DNA of 64,000 bases from Bdellovibrionales bacterium (lineage in GTDB: Bacteria; Bdellovibrionota; Bdellovibrionia; Bdellovibrionales; UBA1609). Positions within the stretch are counted from its first letter, which is position 1. Each line of letters begins with the position of its first letter. Positions 48,452 to 57,527 of this stretch are shown in pieces. The notes under the pieces are model-generated. The model was not told the origin of the DNA and searched no databases. It was given only the letters and a program-made list of their open reading frames with translations. The position numbers were made by a program, and so were the translations under genes. The stretch lies in the NCBI GenBank assembly GCA_023301025.1, contig JALZUR010000005.1, forward strand, positions 10,771 to 74,770, read 5' to 3'.

Positions 48452-49390
48452 ATGTTACAGATGACGCTATTTAATGATTTTTACTTTAATTTTATGTTTA
48501 AAGGTTTTGTTTTACTTCAGCCTTTAACTAATATTTTAAGTTACCCCATTGTAAGTGTAGATGGAAAACCTATTACTTTTGGTAAGATTATTGTAGGTCT
48601 TTTGTTTTTATTTGGTGGGATTTATGTTTCAAAAGTTGTAATCAATCTTATTAGCAGAAAAATACTTACACGTTTTATAGACAGTCACTACGCTATTCAC
48701 TCTATAGAAAATTTTACTTTTTATTTCTTTATCTTCTTTTTTGCGATTGTTTCATTAGAGGTTGCAAATATACCTGCAACAGCTCTTAGTTTACTTGGTG
48801 GTGCCTTCATTGTCGCTGTCGGTTTTGGTGCAAAAAACGTGATGAATGATTTTATCAGTGGTTTAATTATTTTAATTGAGCGTCCAGTAAAAATTGGTGA
48901 TATTGTTTTTGTAGATAATATGTACGGTGTAATTGAAGACATTGGGATGAGATCTACACGAATCAACACCTATCAGAACAAGCACATTATTGTTCCTAAT
49001 AATAAATTAGTTGAGAACAGTGTAAACAACCTTACACACTCATCAAAACGTGTTCGCTCAGAAATTAAAGTTGGAGTTCACTATAAATCAGATGTCACAA
49101 CTGTTAGACAGTGCTTGGTTGAGGCAGCTCGTGAAAACCCTAAGACACTTAAAGGCAGAGAGCCTTTAGTTATTTTTAATAACTTTGGAGAAAGTGCTTT
49201 AGAATTTATTTTGGCCTATGATATAAAGATCGTAAGACCCATAGATGAAAGGCTCTCAAACTCTTTTGTTCGAGAAAACATTATGAAAAAATTTAAAGAT
49301 GCGGGTGTTGTAATTGCATATCCTCAACAAGATGTTCATTTGTTTACAGGGGATAAAAAAATCTTAGAGACTTATAAAAAACAAGCCTGA
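48452..49390 (+). CDS. MscS-family mechanosensitive channel (second paralogue)
   Basis: VAVGFGAKNVMNDFISGLIILIERPVKIGD, IGMRST, VPNNKL, IAYPQQDVH. Confidence 0.92.
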   Translation: MLQMTLFNDFYFNFMFKGFVLLQPLTNILSYPIVSVDGKPITFGKIIVGLLFLFGGIYVSKVVINLISRKILTRFIDSHYAIHSIENFTFYFFIFFFAIVSLEVANIPATALSLLGGAFIVAVGFGAKNVMNDFISGLIILIERPVKIGDIVFVDNMYGVIEDIGMRSTRINTYQNKHIIVPNNKLVENSVNNLTHSSKRVRSEIKVGVHYKSDVTTVRQCLVEAARENPKTLKGREPLVIFNNFGESALEFILAYDIKIVRPIDERLSNSFVRENIMKKFKDAGVVIAYPQQDVHLFTGDKKILETYKKQA

Positions 49391-49438
49391 ATTGTAAAAA
49401 ATTTTGATTTAGTGCACTAACTTAATAAGTTAAAACTT

Positions 49439-49942
49439 TTATTTTTTTGTTTTAAAATTTTTGAGACCTTCAAAAGGTGAGTTGATCTTGGTTTTCTCAC
49501 CTTCTAAGATCACTCTTACATCTACAGGTTTACAATCAGACTTACATAATTCTTGATAAGGAGCCTCAAGTTCTAATGTTTGTCTTAAAAACTCTGCCCA
49601 CATCCAATGTTTAGAGTTTTCAACTAAATGAAAGCCTTGCTCCTCTCCTTCAGACAGTGAGGTAGATAAATACTCTTTATGGGTTTGAGTAACAACTTTT
49701 GAAAACTCTTGCCCGCACCTAGAGCATTGTCTTTCGCATTTCAACCTGTAATTGAACTCTATTTCATAGTGAGGGCCATCGATAGGTCTGATGAAAAAAC
49801 GAACCGTATTGTTTTCATCTTTGATTAAAAGTTCACCAAGCTCATGCAGCTTTTGCAGCTCTGAGGACAAAAAGCTAAACTCTTCACCACTTGTTGCTAT
49901 TAAATTTAAATCAATTTCATTTTTTTTCATTTTTAACCACAA
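49439..49942 (-). CDS. YceD/DUF177 family metal-binding protein
   Basis: CSRCG, LELEAPYQELCKSDCK, SPFEGLK tail. Confidence 0.75.
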   Translation of the reverse strand: MWLKMKKNEIDLNLIATSGEEFSFLSSELQKLHELGELLIKDENNTVRFFIRPIDGPHYEIEFNYRLKCERQCSRCGQEFSKVVTQTHKEYLSTSLSEGEEQGFHLVENSKHWMWAEFLRQTLELEAPYQELCKSDCKPVDVRVILEGEKTKINSPFEGLKNFKTKK

Positions 49943-50095
49943 GCTTTAAGTAAAATTAAGATTAGAATTATTTATGTTAATAAAACAAAGTTCAGGATTA
50001 GGTCAAATTTAGAACAAGTGCTTTGACGGTCCTTGTTTTATTGAATTACATTTTTTGTATCATGTTTATATGCTAGATCAAAGGACTGACCATAT

Positions 50096-51547
50096 ATGAA
50101 ATTTTTACTCATCTTGATGCTCATTTTTATTGGTTCTAACTCCTATTCAGAAGAGGCGCCGAACCTCACTAATGTTCCTGTAAGTAATGTTCTAGATCAG
50201 TCACTTTTAAAAACAGATAAAAAATTTAGTTTAGAGCTTTTTAGCTTTGAAGATTTTATTTACTCGGGCTCACGAAAAATGGAGCTTGGAGATCAAGTCA
50301 GATTAACAACACGTTTTAGATACCAAATTACTGAGAATGCATGGGCCTCTCTGGGTTTTCGAACTGATCCTAACCAAGATCGCTTTGATAATAAAACTTC
50401 GGATTTTGAACTCCGCACAGGTTACATTTATGAAAACTTTGTAGCTCAAGCTGATTTTTCATTTAACACAAATGATCCTGATGGTGGTATTTCAATTGGT
50501 TTTGATTTAGATTCAGAAAATACGTTTTTACGTTATAAAATAAAAGATAAGTTTCAACTGACATTTTTCCCATTTAACTTTGACGGTGAAGTAGGGGTTG
50601 ATTTTGATACTGGTGATATAACTAGGATTTATTTTATTGAGGGGAGTCCTACAAACATTCCAATAGATATTGCGACAGCCACAGTGCCTATCAGGGTTGC
50701 GCAAAAAACTCTACCGGGTTTGGTTTTAAGATACACAAATGCTGAAGACAGTCTAAACATGGAAAGCTTTTATGTCGGTATTTCTGGGGCTAGTTACGAA
50801 CGCCCTAACGATCCAAACTTTAATATCATAGACGATAGCACTAGTGTGTCTTGGTCTAGAAAAACTATGCTTGGATACAAAGCGGGACTCTTTTTTAGAC
50901 GACCAAAAACATTTACAAGTCTTCAGTACATTGGACAAACTAAGGATGATGAAACGGGGGCTTTAATCAACTCTGCTCTTTCTTTATATTCTTTATCAAG
51001 AGTTTTTGGTTTGATGACTGAATTTGAAATGACGGCAACAAAAGGTGGAGAGCTCCCGTGGAGAGTTTCAAGAGATGGTGGGTCTTTTGGAAGTTTAGAT
51101 TTAGCAACAACCACCTTAGCTTCTAATAGAGTTTATGCGGATAGAACAGGAGAGCTGCAAAACTGGACAGGAAATTGGGGTGTAGGTACGAGTCTAAAAG
51201 TTGGAACTACAAGCAACAGCTACAGACCTTATCTGTCATACAGATATTTAACAGATGATTTTGTATATAGCTCAAGAATCTCAGCTCACAACCTAAGGAC
51301 AAATGACCTTTCAAACTCTCATGGAGGACTTCATGGTTTAGGCGGTGGAGCGTTTGTATACAAAGGCAATTTTATTATCAACCCTAGATTTGAATATCTA
51401 TCTGCAAAGAATAATGTTTTTGGCGACAGTGACGACTTAAGAGAAACTCTTCAAGACAGAAACCTTATTGATTCAGATTTTAGTTTTTATATAAATGTCT
51501 CTTACTTTTTCAATTCAAGAACTGGTCCAAGAACATTTAGATTGTAG
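50096..51547 (+). CDS. Predicted outer-membrane beta-barrel protein, unknown family
   Basis: Signal peptide; many amphipathic aromatic-rich strands; terminal strand FSFYINVSYFF. Confidence 0.65.
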   Translation: MKFLLILMLIFIGSNSYSEEAPNLTNVPVSNVLDQSLLKTDKKFSLELFSFEDFIYSGSRKMELGDQVRLTTRFRYQITENAWASLGFRTDPNQDRFDNKTSDFELRTGYIYENFVAQADFSFNTNDPDGGISIGFDLDSENTFLRYKIKDKFQLTFFPFNFDGEVGVDFDTGDITRIYFIEGSPTNIPIDIATATVPIRVAQKTLPGLVLRYTNAEDSLNMESFYVGISGASYERPNDPNFNIIDDSTSVSWSRKTMLGYKAGLFFRRPKTFTSLQYIGQTKDDETGALINSALSLYSLSRVFGLMTEFEMTATKGGELPWRVSRDGGSFGSLDLATTTLASNRVYADRTGELQNWTGNWGVGTSLKVGTTSNSYRPYLSYRYLTDDFVYSSRISAHNLRTNDLSNSHGGLHGLGGGAFVYKGNFIINPRFEYLSAKNNVFGDSDDLRETLQDRNLIDSDFSFYINVSYFFNSRTGPRTFRL

Positions 51548-51561
51548 GGGGATTAAAAAAA

Positions 51562-53562
51562 ATGATTCGACAGATCTTAAACACTTTTATAAAACTTAAA
51601 GTTTTAGTATTTCTATGTTTTTTTCTGTCATCTTGTGAATCAGACAATAAAAAAAATTTGGATTCTCTTCCGTCAACATTTTCAGTTGATGGGGTCGATG
51701 AAACAAGTAAACTTCTAAAAAAACTAAACGAAGACTTTGCTTTAGGACTAGTTTTTAGTAGTCAGCCTGATGATACTAAAAGTCTTATTGAAAACTCTTT
51801 AAAAAGATCAATTGCTGGAATAAATATTTTAAAAACAAATAACGGCGATATTAAACGCGTTGAGCTTGCTTATTATGAGCTAGGATCCTCATTGTATCTT
51901 ATGGAGCAAGCAAGGCTTATTGAAATAAATGAAGAGCTTACCTTTGATGTTTTCAATCAAGTAAGTATCATTGTCTCAAAACTAGCAAGAGCCTTGAATA
52001 AAGATGAAACCTCAAGAGTTATTTACAAGTACAATTTTGGAGATGGTATTGACCCCGATTTTTTAGCCTTAAAAGGTAAAGATCAGTTTGGTGATATAAA
52101 GTGGGCTACTAATTTTCAAATAGATTTGCCTAAGGCAAAGATACAAGGCCGTCAGGGGCATGCCTGGATGGTTTCTAAAGCTTTTGATCTAAGTGAAGTG
52201 TCAGAGCCTAGTTTTACTTATCATTCAGCTCTGTTGGTCTCTAGTAGGGATGCTGAGCTTAGTTTGTATGAAGTGGTTAAAAGGGTTTTTAAAACTTATG
52301 TTCTGCTTGATCTAAAGCCAGGTGAGTCTGTTGAAGATCTTCCAAAAGAGCGAAAGATATTGATAGAGTATTCAGCTGATGAGGTGCCAAAAGCTAGGGA
52401 TTTTCATGATACGTGGTTACCTGAGAGGTCTTTAAAAGCCTTTAAAGGTCATAAGGTTTCTATAGGCTTTTTGTTTGATACCAGAGACATTGAATTTACA
52501 CAGTACTATGTTTGGGATATTTATGATTTTGAAATCAGAGGCTCTGGAAAGCTTAATATAGATCCCTACTTTTTAAGTCCATTTTTATCTGAAGATCTTG
52601 GTGGCTATCAAACTTTATCACAAGTTTTTTCAGGACCAGAGTGGAAGAGCGGTAGTGACGGAGTATATATAAACTCAAGCACTGAACGCACAGACAGTAT
52701 ACTTATGTCACCTTTAATAGTTACTGAGGATCTTCCTTTTAACAAAGACAAAAAGCTTAGGCTTGAAGTGATTGAAGAGGTGAATGCTCTTAGTAAAGAT
52801 CAAGCAGAGGTTTTAATCTCAACAGACTATACGCCAGGTAAAGCATTTGATGAAAAAAATCAAACATGGATATCTTTAGAGCGTTTTAAGCGTGGATCAA
52901 AACAAGTTTTTGATTTAACAGATTTTCAAGATACAGATTTTGTTTTAGCTTTTAGGTTTAGATCAGAGATTTTTGGAGAAAGTTGGGACATAAACGACAT
53001 CTTTATTGAGGCTGTTGGTCAAAGACTTTTTAGTCTGCCATTTTTGTCAAAAGATCAAAATGATATGGCTAACATAACTACAAGCTTTAATTTTGCAGAA
53101 GACTCTACAAAAAGTTATTTAGTAGAACAGGATGATGATTCACCTACTTGGACTAAAAAACCAGGTGGGATCAATATCTCTGCTCACCGAGGTAACAACG
53201 CACCCGCTTTTAGTGGTGGATCAAGACTCTACTTTTCTTCTTTGGAATTAAAAGAAAACCAACGAAACTTTTTACGGTTAAAGCACACCGTTGGATTTAT
53301 AAGAGGAAAGGGACCTTTAAAAGTTCAAGTTAGAGTACACTGTAAAGAAAGTGATGAAGTTTGTAACCCTTGGGAGGATGTTGGCTTTTCTGATGCTGTG
53401 CTAAATTCAAGAATTGATGAGATGACGTTTTCTAATTGGCAATTAATAGATAAAAAGTTTTATGGACAAGAGATTGATCTTTCTTTTTACTACAAAGCCT
53501 TTGATGGTAACACTCCTAACTGGACCATTGAGCGTTTTGAGGTGTCTTCTGTTAAAGATTAA
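51562..53562 (+). CDS. Lipoprotein with repeated jelly-roll-like (DUF5017/cleaved-adhesin-like) domains
   Basis: Lipobox FLSSC; three repeats of an (L/M)xSxxxxL...L-x-F-type core and W-x-I-x-x-(F/I) ends (WDIYDF, WDINDI, WTIERF). Confidence 0.6.
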   Translation: MIRQILNTFIKLKVLVFLCFFLSSCESDNKKNLDSLPSTFSVDGVDETSKLLKKLNEDFALGLVFSSQPDDTKSLIENSLKRSIAGINILKTNNGDIKRVELAYYELGSSLYLMEQARLIEINEELTFDVFNQVSIIVSKLARALNKDETSRVIYKYNFGDGIDPDFLALKGKDQFGDIKWATNFQIDLPKAKIQGRQGHAWMVSKAFDLSEVSEPSFTYHSALLVSSRDAELSLYEVVKRVFKTYVLLDLKPGESVEDLPKERKILIEYSADEVPKARDFHDTWLPERSLKAFKGHKVSIGFLFDTRDIEFTQYYVWDIYDFEIRGSGKLNIDPYFLSPFLSEDLGGYQTLSQVFSGPEWKSGSDGVYINSSTERTDSILMSPLIVTEDLPFNKDKKLRLEVIEEVNALSKDQAEVLISTDYTPGKAFDEKNQTWISLERFKRGSKQVFDLTDFQDTDFVLAFRFRSEIFGESWDINDIFIEAVGQRLFSLPFLSKDQNDMANITTSFNFAEDSTKSYLVEQDDDSPTWTKKPGGINISAHRGNNAPAFSGGSRLYFSSLELKENQRNFLRLKHTVGFIRGKGPLKVQVRVHCKESDEVCNPWEDVGFSDAVLNSRIDEMTFSNWQLIDKKFYGQEIDLSFYYKAFDGNTPNWTIERFEVSSVKD

Positions 53563-56113
53563 CTTTAAAAACGCTTTACTTCTTATACCTGTGTTGTTTT
53601 TTCTATTCTTAGGATGTGAATCTACTAATGAAGAGACTGAAAATAATGTTACACTCTTGAGTGCAAGTTCTACTCTTAAAACTTCTACTGAAGCCGGTAA
53701 TTTTGTTACAACAGCACTTAGAAGATCTTTAGAAGTTGATTTTGCATTTTTACCTTCAAGGTATTTTTTAGATGAACGTACGGTTCTTGATATTCATAAA
53801 GATATGACAGACTTTGAAATAGAAGAGGTTTTAAATAACTTTAAAATAGGTCCGAAGGATCAGATTTTAGTTGGCTCTATGAAAGGTCGTCACATTAAAG
53901 AGTTTGTAATTCAACGCTCTCAAGAAGCTTACAATTTAGATTTAGAGACTGCTGGTTTATGGTACAGGCTTACATTTAAGGGAGGGTTTTTATCTGCTTC
54001 TGACTTTAAAGTGGATGGTCGTTATGATGTTGATGATGATAGAACCTACCGAATTGCCATTAGTGATGACTTTTTCTTTGGGTCGGCTTTTCCAGGTTAT
54101 AGATATAGAAATGGTTTTAACTTTAGATTCAGAAGAGAGCGCTATCAAAGATCAATTCATGAATCTGTAAAAAGCTATTTGAAAGATCAAAAATTTGCTT
54201 ATCCTAATTGGTCTGCCATAAGAGCAGAGGTTAAAAACTTAACCTTTAAAGATCTAGGTTTAACTGAAATACATGACATTCAAGGTCCAGCGCACACAAG
54301 CCCTATTCTTTCACATACTGTTACAACTCGTGGTGTAGTTACAGCTGTTGGCTCTGACAATTGGTACCCTTTTGACCTAGACATTTATATTCAAAGTCAA
54401 AATCCTGATTCTGATCCAAGGACGTCTGAAGGGATTCACATTACATCTCTTAATAACTCTGTTGGTGTTGAAATTGGTCAACTTATTGAAGTTGAAGGCT
54501 TAGTAATGGAAGAGGCTAGATCTAATGGTATGGGTGAGACAACTTTAAGAGTTGTAAAAGACATTAAAGTTTTAAAAGAGTCAGTTGATCTTCCTGAGCC
54601 TATGAGTTTAGCAAGAGTTCCAATTGATAAAATTTCTAGCCACTCCGGAGGCCCTCTTATGTCTAAGGCTTTTTTAGATTTAGGAGACGGGATTGATTTT
54701 TGGGAAAGTTTAGAAGGTATGCGAGTTGTAACTAGAGATTTAGTTGTTTCCGGTTTTAGAGGAGGAGGGGAGGACCTAGTTGAAATTTCTGATAGGTTTT
54801 ATCTAAATCTTTATGTTTTTTCAAAAGAGTCTTACAGTTCAGAGCTTATTACTAAAAGCGGTGGCCTAAGGGTTGATTATGATTCTGAAGATTACAACCC
54901 GGAGCTTTTTGTTCTTACAACAAATCATCTGTCCAAAGGCATACAGGTTCAAAAGTCTAATGGTGATTACTATTACTATAATATTGGTGATGAGTTTAAG
55001 GGGGATATAGTTGGAGTGCTTACATACCCTAAAAATATTTTTGGAGGCGGGGAGTATGCGCTGGTTACCCCAGTAGCGCAAGAGTCTCTAGAGTATAAAA
55101 ATATAGATTCAAAAGGTTTTGTGCCTTTAAATCAAAGACCAAAATCTAAGTTTGATGTCACTCTAAGTCCAAATGAAATTACTGTTGCAACTTTTAACTT
55201 AGAAAATTTGGGTGGAAACAGACAGGACCGTATTGATGTTTTTTCAAATATAGTAAAAACAAACTTAAATTGCCCCGACGTCTTAAACTTAGTTGAGATT
55301 CAAGATAACAATGGTGTTTCTTTTAGAGGTGGGGCTGATGCTAAGATGACTCTAAAAAAGATTAAGTTGGCTGTAGGACAACAGTGTGAAGATTCAAACT
55401 ATGAGTTTATTAATATAGATCCTTTTGAGCTTTCTGAAGGCGGGCAGCCCGGTGGAAATATAAGAACATCGGTGCTTTACAACAAAGATAAGCTTGATTT
55501 TAACTACACCAGTGAAAATAATAATGAGTCTTACGGAGGGCATAGCTTGCCTACAAAAGGTGGCGATTTAAGTGTTAACCCTGGTCGAGTTTTTCCTTTA
55601 GATGTAGCTTTTAGACGTTCTAGGCGAAGCCCTGTGATGCAGTTTAGCCTTAAAGACTCACCTAAAAAAAGACTCTACCTTATTGGTGCTCACTTAAACT
55701 CTAAGATTGGAGACATTGATTTTTGGGGAAACAGACAACCTCCAGTACAGCTGTCTGATGACCGTAGATCTGCAATGGCAAAAAAACTCAATGAGTTTGT
55801 TAGATTGATTGAAAAAGAAAATTCTAAAGCACATATAATTGTTCTAGGGGATTTCAATTCTCTTGCTGAAGAAAATTCGATGAAAGTGCTGACAGAAAAC
55901 GAAACAAGGCTTAAAAATACAATCTTTACAAAATCTAAAGATGCACAGTACACAACAAATCATAATGGTAACTCTCAAGCCTTAGATTATATTTTTGTAA
56001 ACAAAAATATTTATAAAAATCCATGTACTGAATCAGAATATCTAAATTTGAATTCTGATTTTATGGGTCGTTTTTCTGATCACGATCCTGTTGTTTTAAA
56101 AATGTGCATGTGA
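53462..56113 (+). CDS. Lipoprotein nuclease: 5'-nucleotidase C-terminal-like domain, OB fold and endonuclease/exonuclease/phosphatase domain (start probably the TTG at 53528 or 53537)
   Basis: FLGC lipobox; EAGNFVTTALR...AGLWY...YRIAISDDF; IHDIQG..SP, RGVVTA, TSEGI; WESLEGMRV, TFNLENL, VEIQD, HLNSK, GDFN, LDYI, SDHDP. Confidence 0.85.
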   Translation: MDKRLIFLFTTKPLMVTLLTGPLSVLRCLLLKINFKNALLLIPVLFFLFLGCESTNEETENNVTLLSASSTLKTSTEAGNFVTTALRRSLEVDFAFLPSRYFLDERTVLDIHKDMTDFEIEEVLNNFKIGPKDQILVGSMKGRHIKEFVIQRSQEAYNLDLETAGLWYRLTFKGGFLSASDFKVDGRYDVDDDRTYRIAISDDFFFGSAFPGYRYRNGFNFRFRRERYQRSIHESVKSYLKDQKFAYPNWSAIRAEVKNLTFKDLGLTEIHDIQGPAHTSPILSHTVTTRGVVTAVGSDNWYPFDLDIYIQSQNPDSDPRTSEGIHITSLNNSVGVEIGQLIEVEGLVMEEARSNGMGETTLRVVKDIKVLKESVDLPEPMSLARVPIDKISSHSGGPLMSKAFLDLGDGIDFWESLEGMRVVTRDLVVSGFRGGGEDLVEISDRFYLNLYVFSKESYSSELITKSGGLRVDYDSEDYNPELFVLTTNHLSKGIQVQKSNGDYYYYNIGDEFKGDIVGVLTYPKNIFGGGEYALVTPVAQESLEYKNIDSKGFVPLNQRPKSKFDVTLSPNEITVATFNLENLGGNRQDRIDVFSNIVKTNLNCPDVLNLVEIQDNNGVSFRGGADAKMTLKKIKLAVGQQCEDSNYEFINIDPFELSEGGQPGGNIRTSVLYNKDKLDFNYTSENNNESYGGHSLPTKGGDLSVNPGRVFPLDVAFRRSRRSPVMQFSLKDSPKKRLYLIGAHLNSKIGDIDFWGNRQPPVQLSDDRRSAMAKKLNEFVRLIEKENSKAHIIVLGDFNSLAEENSMKVLTENETRLKNTIFTKSKDAQYTTNHNGNSQALDYIFVNKNIYKNPCTESEYLNLNSDFMGRFSDHDPVVLKMCM

Positions 56114-56231
56114 GTTTTTATTTACGAATAAAAACTTCACCAAAGTAGAGGCCTTTAAAATCTGATCTAAAAGTTTGATGAATTACAGTACATACTTAAG
56201 ATGTAACAAAATGATTTATTAGGAGTTATTA

Positions 56232-56726
56232 ATGAGTGTGTTTATTAGAGTGATTTTTATTGGTTTTTTTATGATGTTTGTAAGTGCGTGCTCTGATGAT
56301 GACAAAGGCATAACAAAACCTGAAAACGGAACTTACCTTAGTCAGTGTGTAAGCCCTGATGGAGTATCAAGTGCAAATGTTGAATATATCTTTGATGATG
56401 AAAGTGTATCAATTCGTGATTATATGTATGACAATCCTGATTGTACTGGTAACGGTGGCGGTGATCTAGCTGTTACAAGTTTGTTTGAGCATTCTGATGT
56501 AGATTTAGGTTCTGGTGTTTCATATGTAAGGGTAGAGTCAGAAGGTGGAGAAATCAGTCAGGTCGTTTTCTTTGTAAGTGATTCAAAAGTTTATATTCCA
56601 AACTTTCCAGAAACAGAGCCACAAGGTGATGAAACACCTAATGAGCTTGAGGCTTTATATAGCTTTTTTATTGAAGACCCAACGAATGAAGAAAACTATG
56701 GACTTTTACTGACTAGAAGTGAGTAA
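56232..56726 (+). CDS. Small acidic orphan lipoprotein
   Basis: Lipobox VSAC, SD AGGAG, GTYLSQC...DCTG motif. Confidence 0.75.
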   Translation: MSVFIRVIFIGFFMMFVSACSDDDKGITKPENGTYLSQCVSPDGVSSANVEYIFDDESVSIRDYMYDNPDCTGNGGGDLAVTSLFEHSDVDLGSGVSYVRVESEGGEISQVVFFVSDSKVYIPNFPETEPQGDETPNELEALYSFFIEDPTNEENYGLLLTRSE

Positions 56727-56917
56727 GGAACAAGTTATACGCCTGAAACAAGCATAGTACTTTTTTAAATTGACTCCTTTTCAAAGCCTTTAAAATTAAC
56801 GATTTAAGGTCTTTCTTCACTCTTTTTTGTGCGCCAGGTTACATGGATTTAAGAAATATTGACCAAAATACGCAACTAGCCAATCATCAAAGAGCAATAA
56901 AAATATAAGGAGATATA

Positions 56918-57436
56918 ATGAAAAAAATTATACTATCATTAATTGTTTTAGGTTTCACATCTGCAGCGTCTGCAACATTAGAAATTCACCTCAGTTCTGG
57001 TGCAGCTTTTCCAGGTGTCGCAACGTCAACTGGTGCAGGATTTTTTATTCCTGATGAAGGTGATACAGTTTGGGGATTAAGTACTGAAGTCTACAAATCA
57101 ATTAATGAAAACATTCAGGCTGGTGGTGTTTTAAATTTCATTAATTTTGGTGATGAAACTTTTTATACACTTGGTGCAAGAGTTAGATACAACTTAGATT
57201 CAGATCTTAGAGATTCTATGTGGCTTGGCGGAGGTCTTTCATATTCAAACGTTTCTGGTGATGGTGACAACTCAAGAATTGCTTTAAATCTTCAATTTGG
57301 TAAAAGATACGCGCTATCTGATAGCTTAACATACACTCCAAATGTTAGTTTTGATCTTAACATTGGTGGTGATATCGATGATGGTCACCTTATAGGTGTT
57401 AACCTAATTTCATTTTCTGGTTTCATGAATATGTAA
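56918..57436 (+). CDS. Small outer-membrane beta-barrel protein
   Basis: Signal peptide, about 8 amphipathic strands (LGARVRYN, FGKRY, YTPNV), SD AAGGAG. Confidence 0.75.
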   Translation: MKKIILSLIVLGFTSAASATLEIHLSSGAAFPGVATSTGAGFFIPDEGDTVWGLSTEVYKSINENIQAGGVLNFINFGDETFYTLGARVRYNLDSDLRDSMWLGGGLSYSNVSGDGDNSRIALNLQFGKRYALSDSLTYTPNVSFDLNIGGDIDDGHLIGVNLISFSGFMNM

Positions 57437-57460
57437 TTAGTATCTGTTCTTTAATGAATA

Positions 57461-57496
57461 TAAAAAAAGACCCTACAAATGCAGAGTCTTTTTTTA
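57461..57496. terminator. Bidirectional terminator between convergent genes
   Basis: TAAAAAAAGAC ... GTCTTTTTTTA inverted repeat. Confidence 0.6.
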
Positions 57497-57527
57497 TATT
57501 TATGCAAGAAAAATGATCTAATTCTAT

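Noticed and set aside
53462-53562. 101-bp overlap between the lipoprotein and nuclease genes as a special feature
   Set aside because: In-frame TTG codons at 53528 and 53537 give a normal-length signal peptide and a small overlap.
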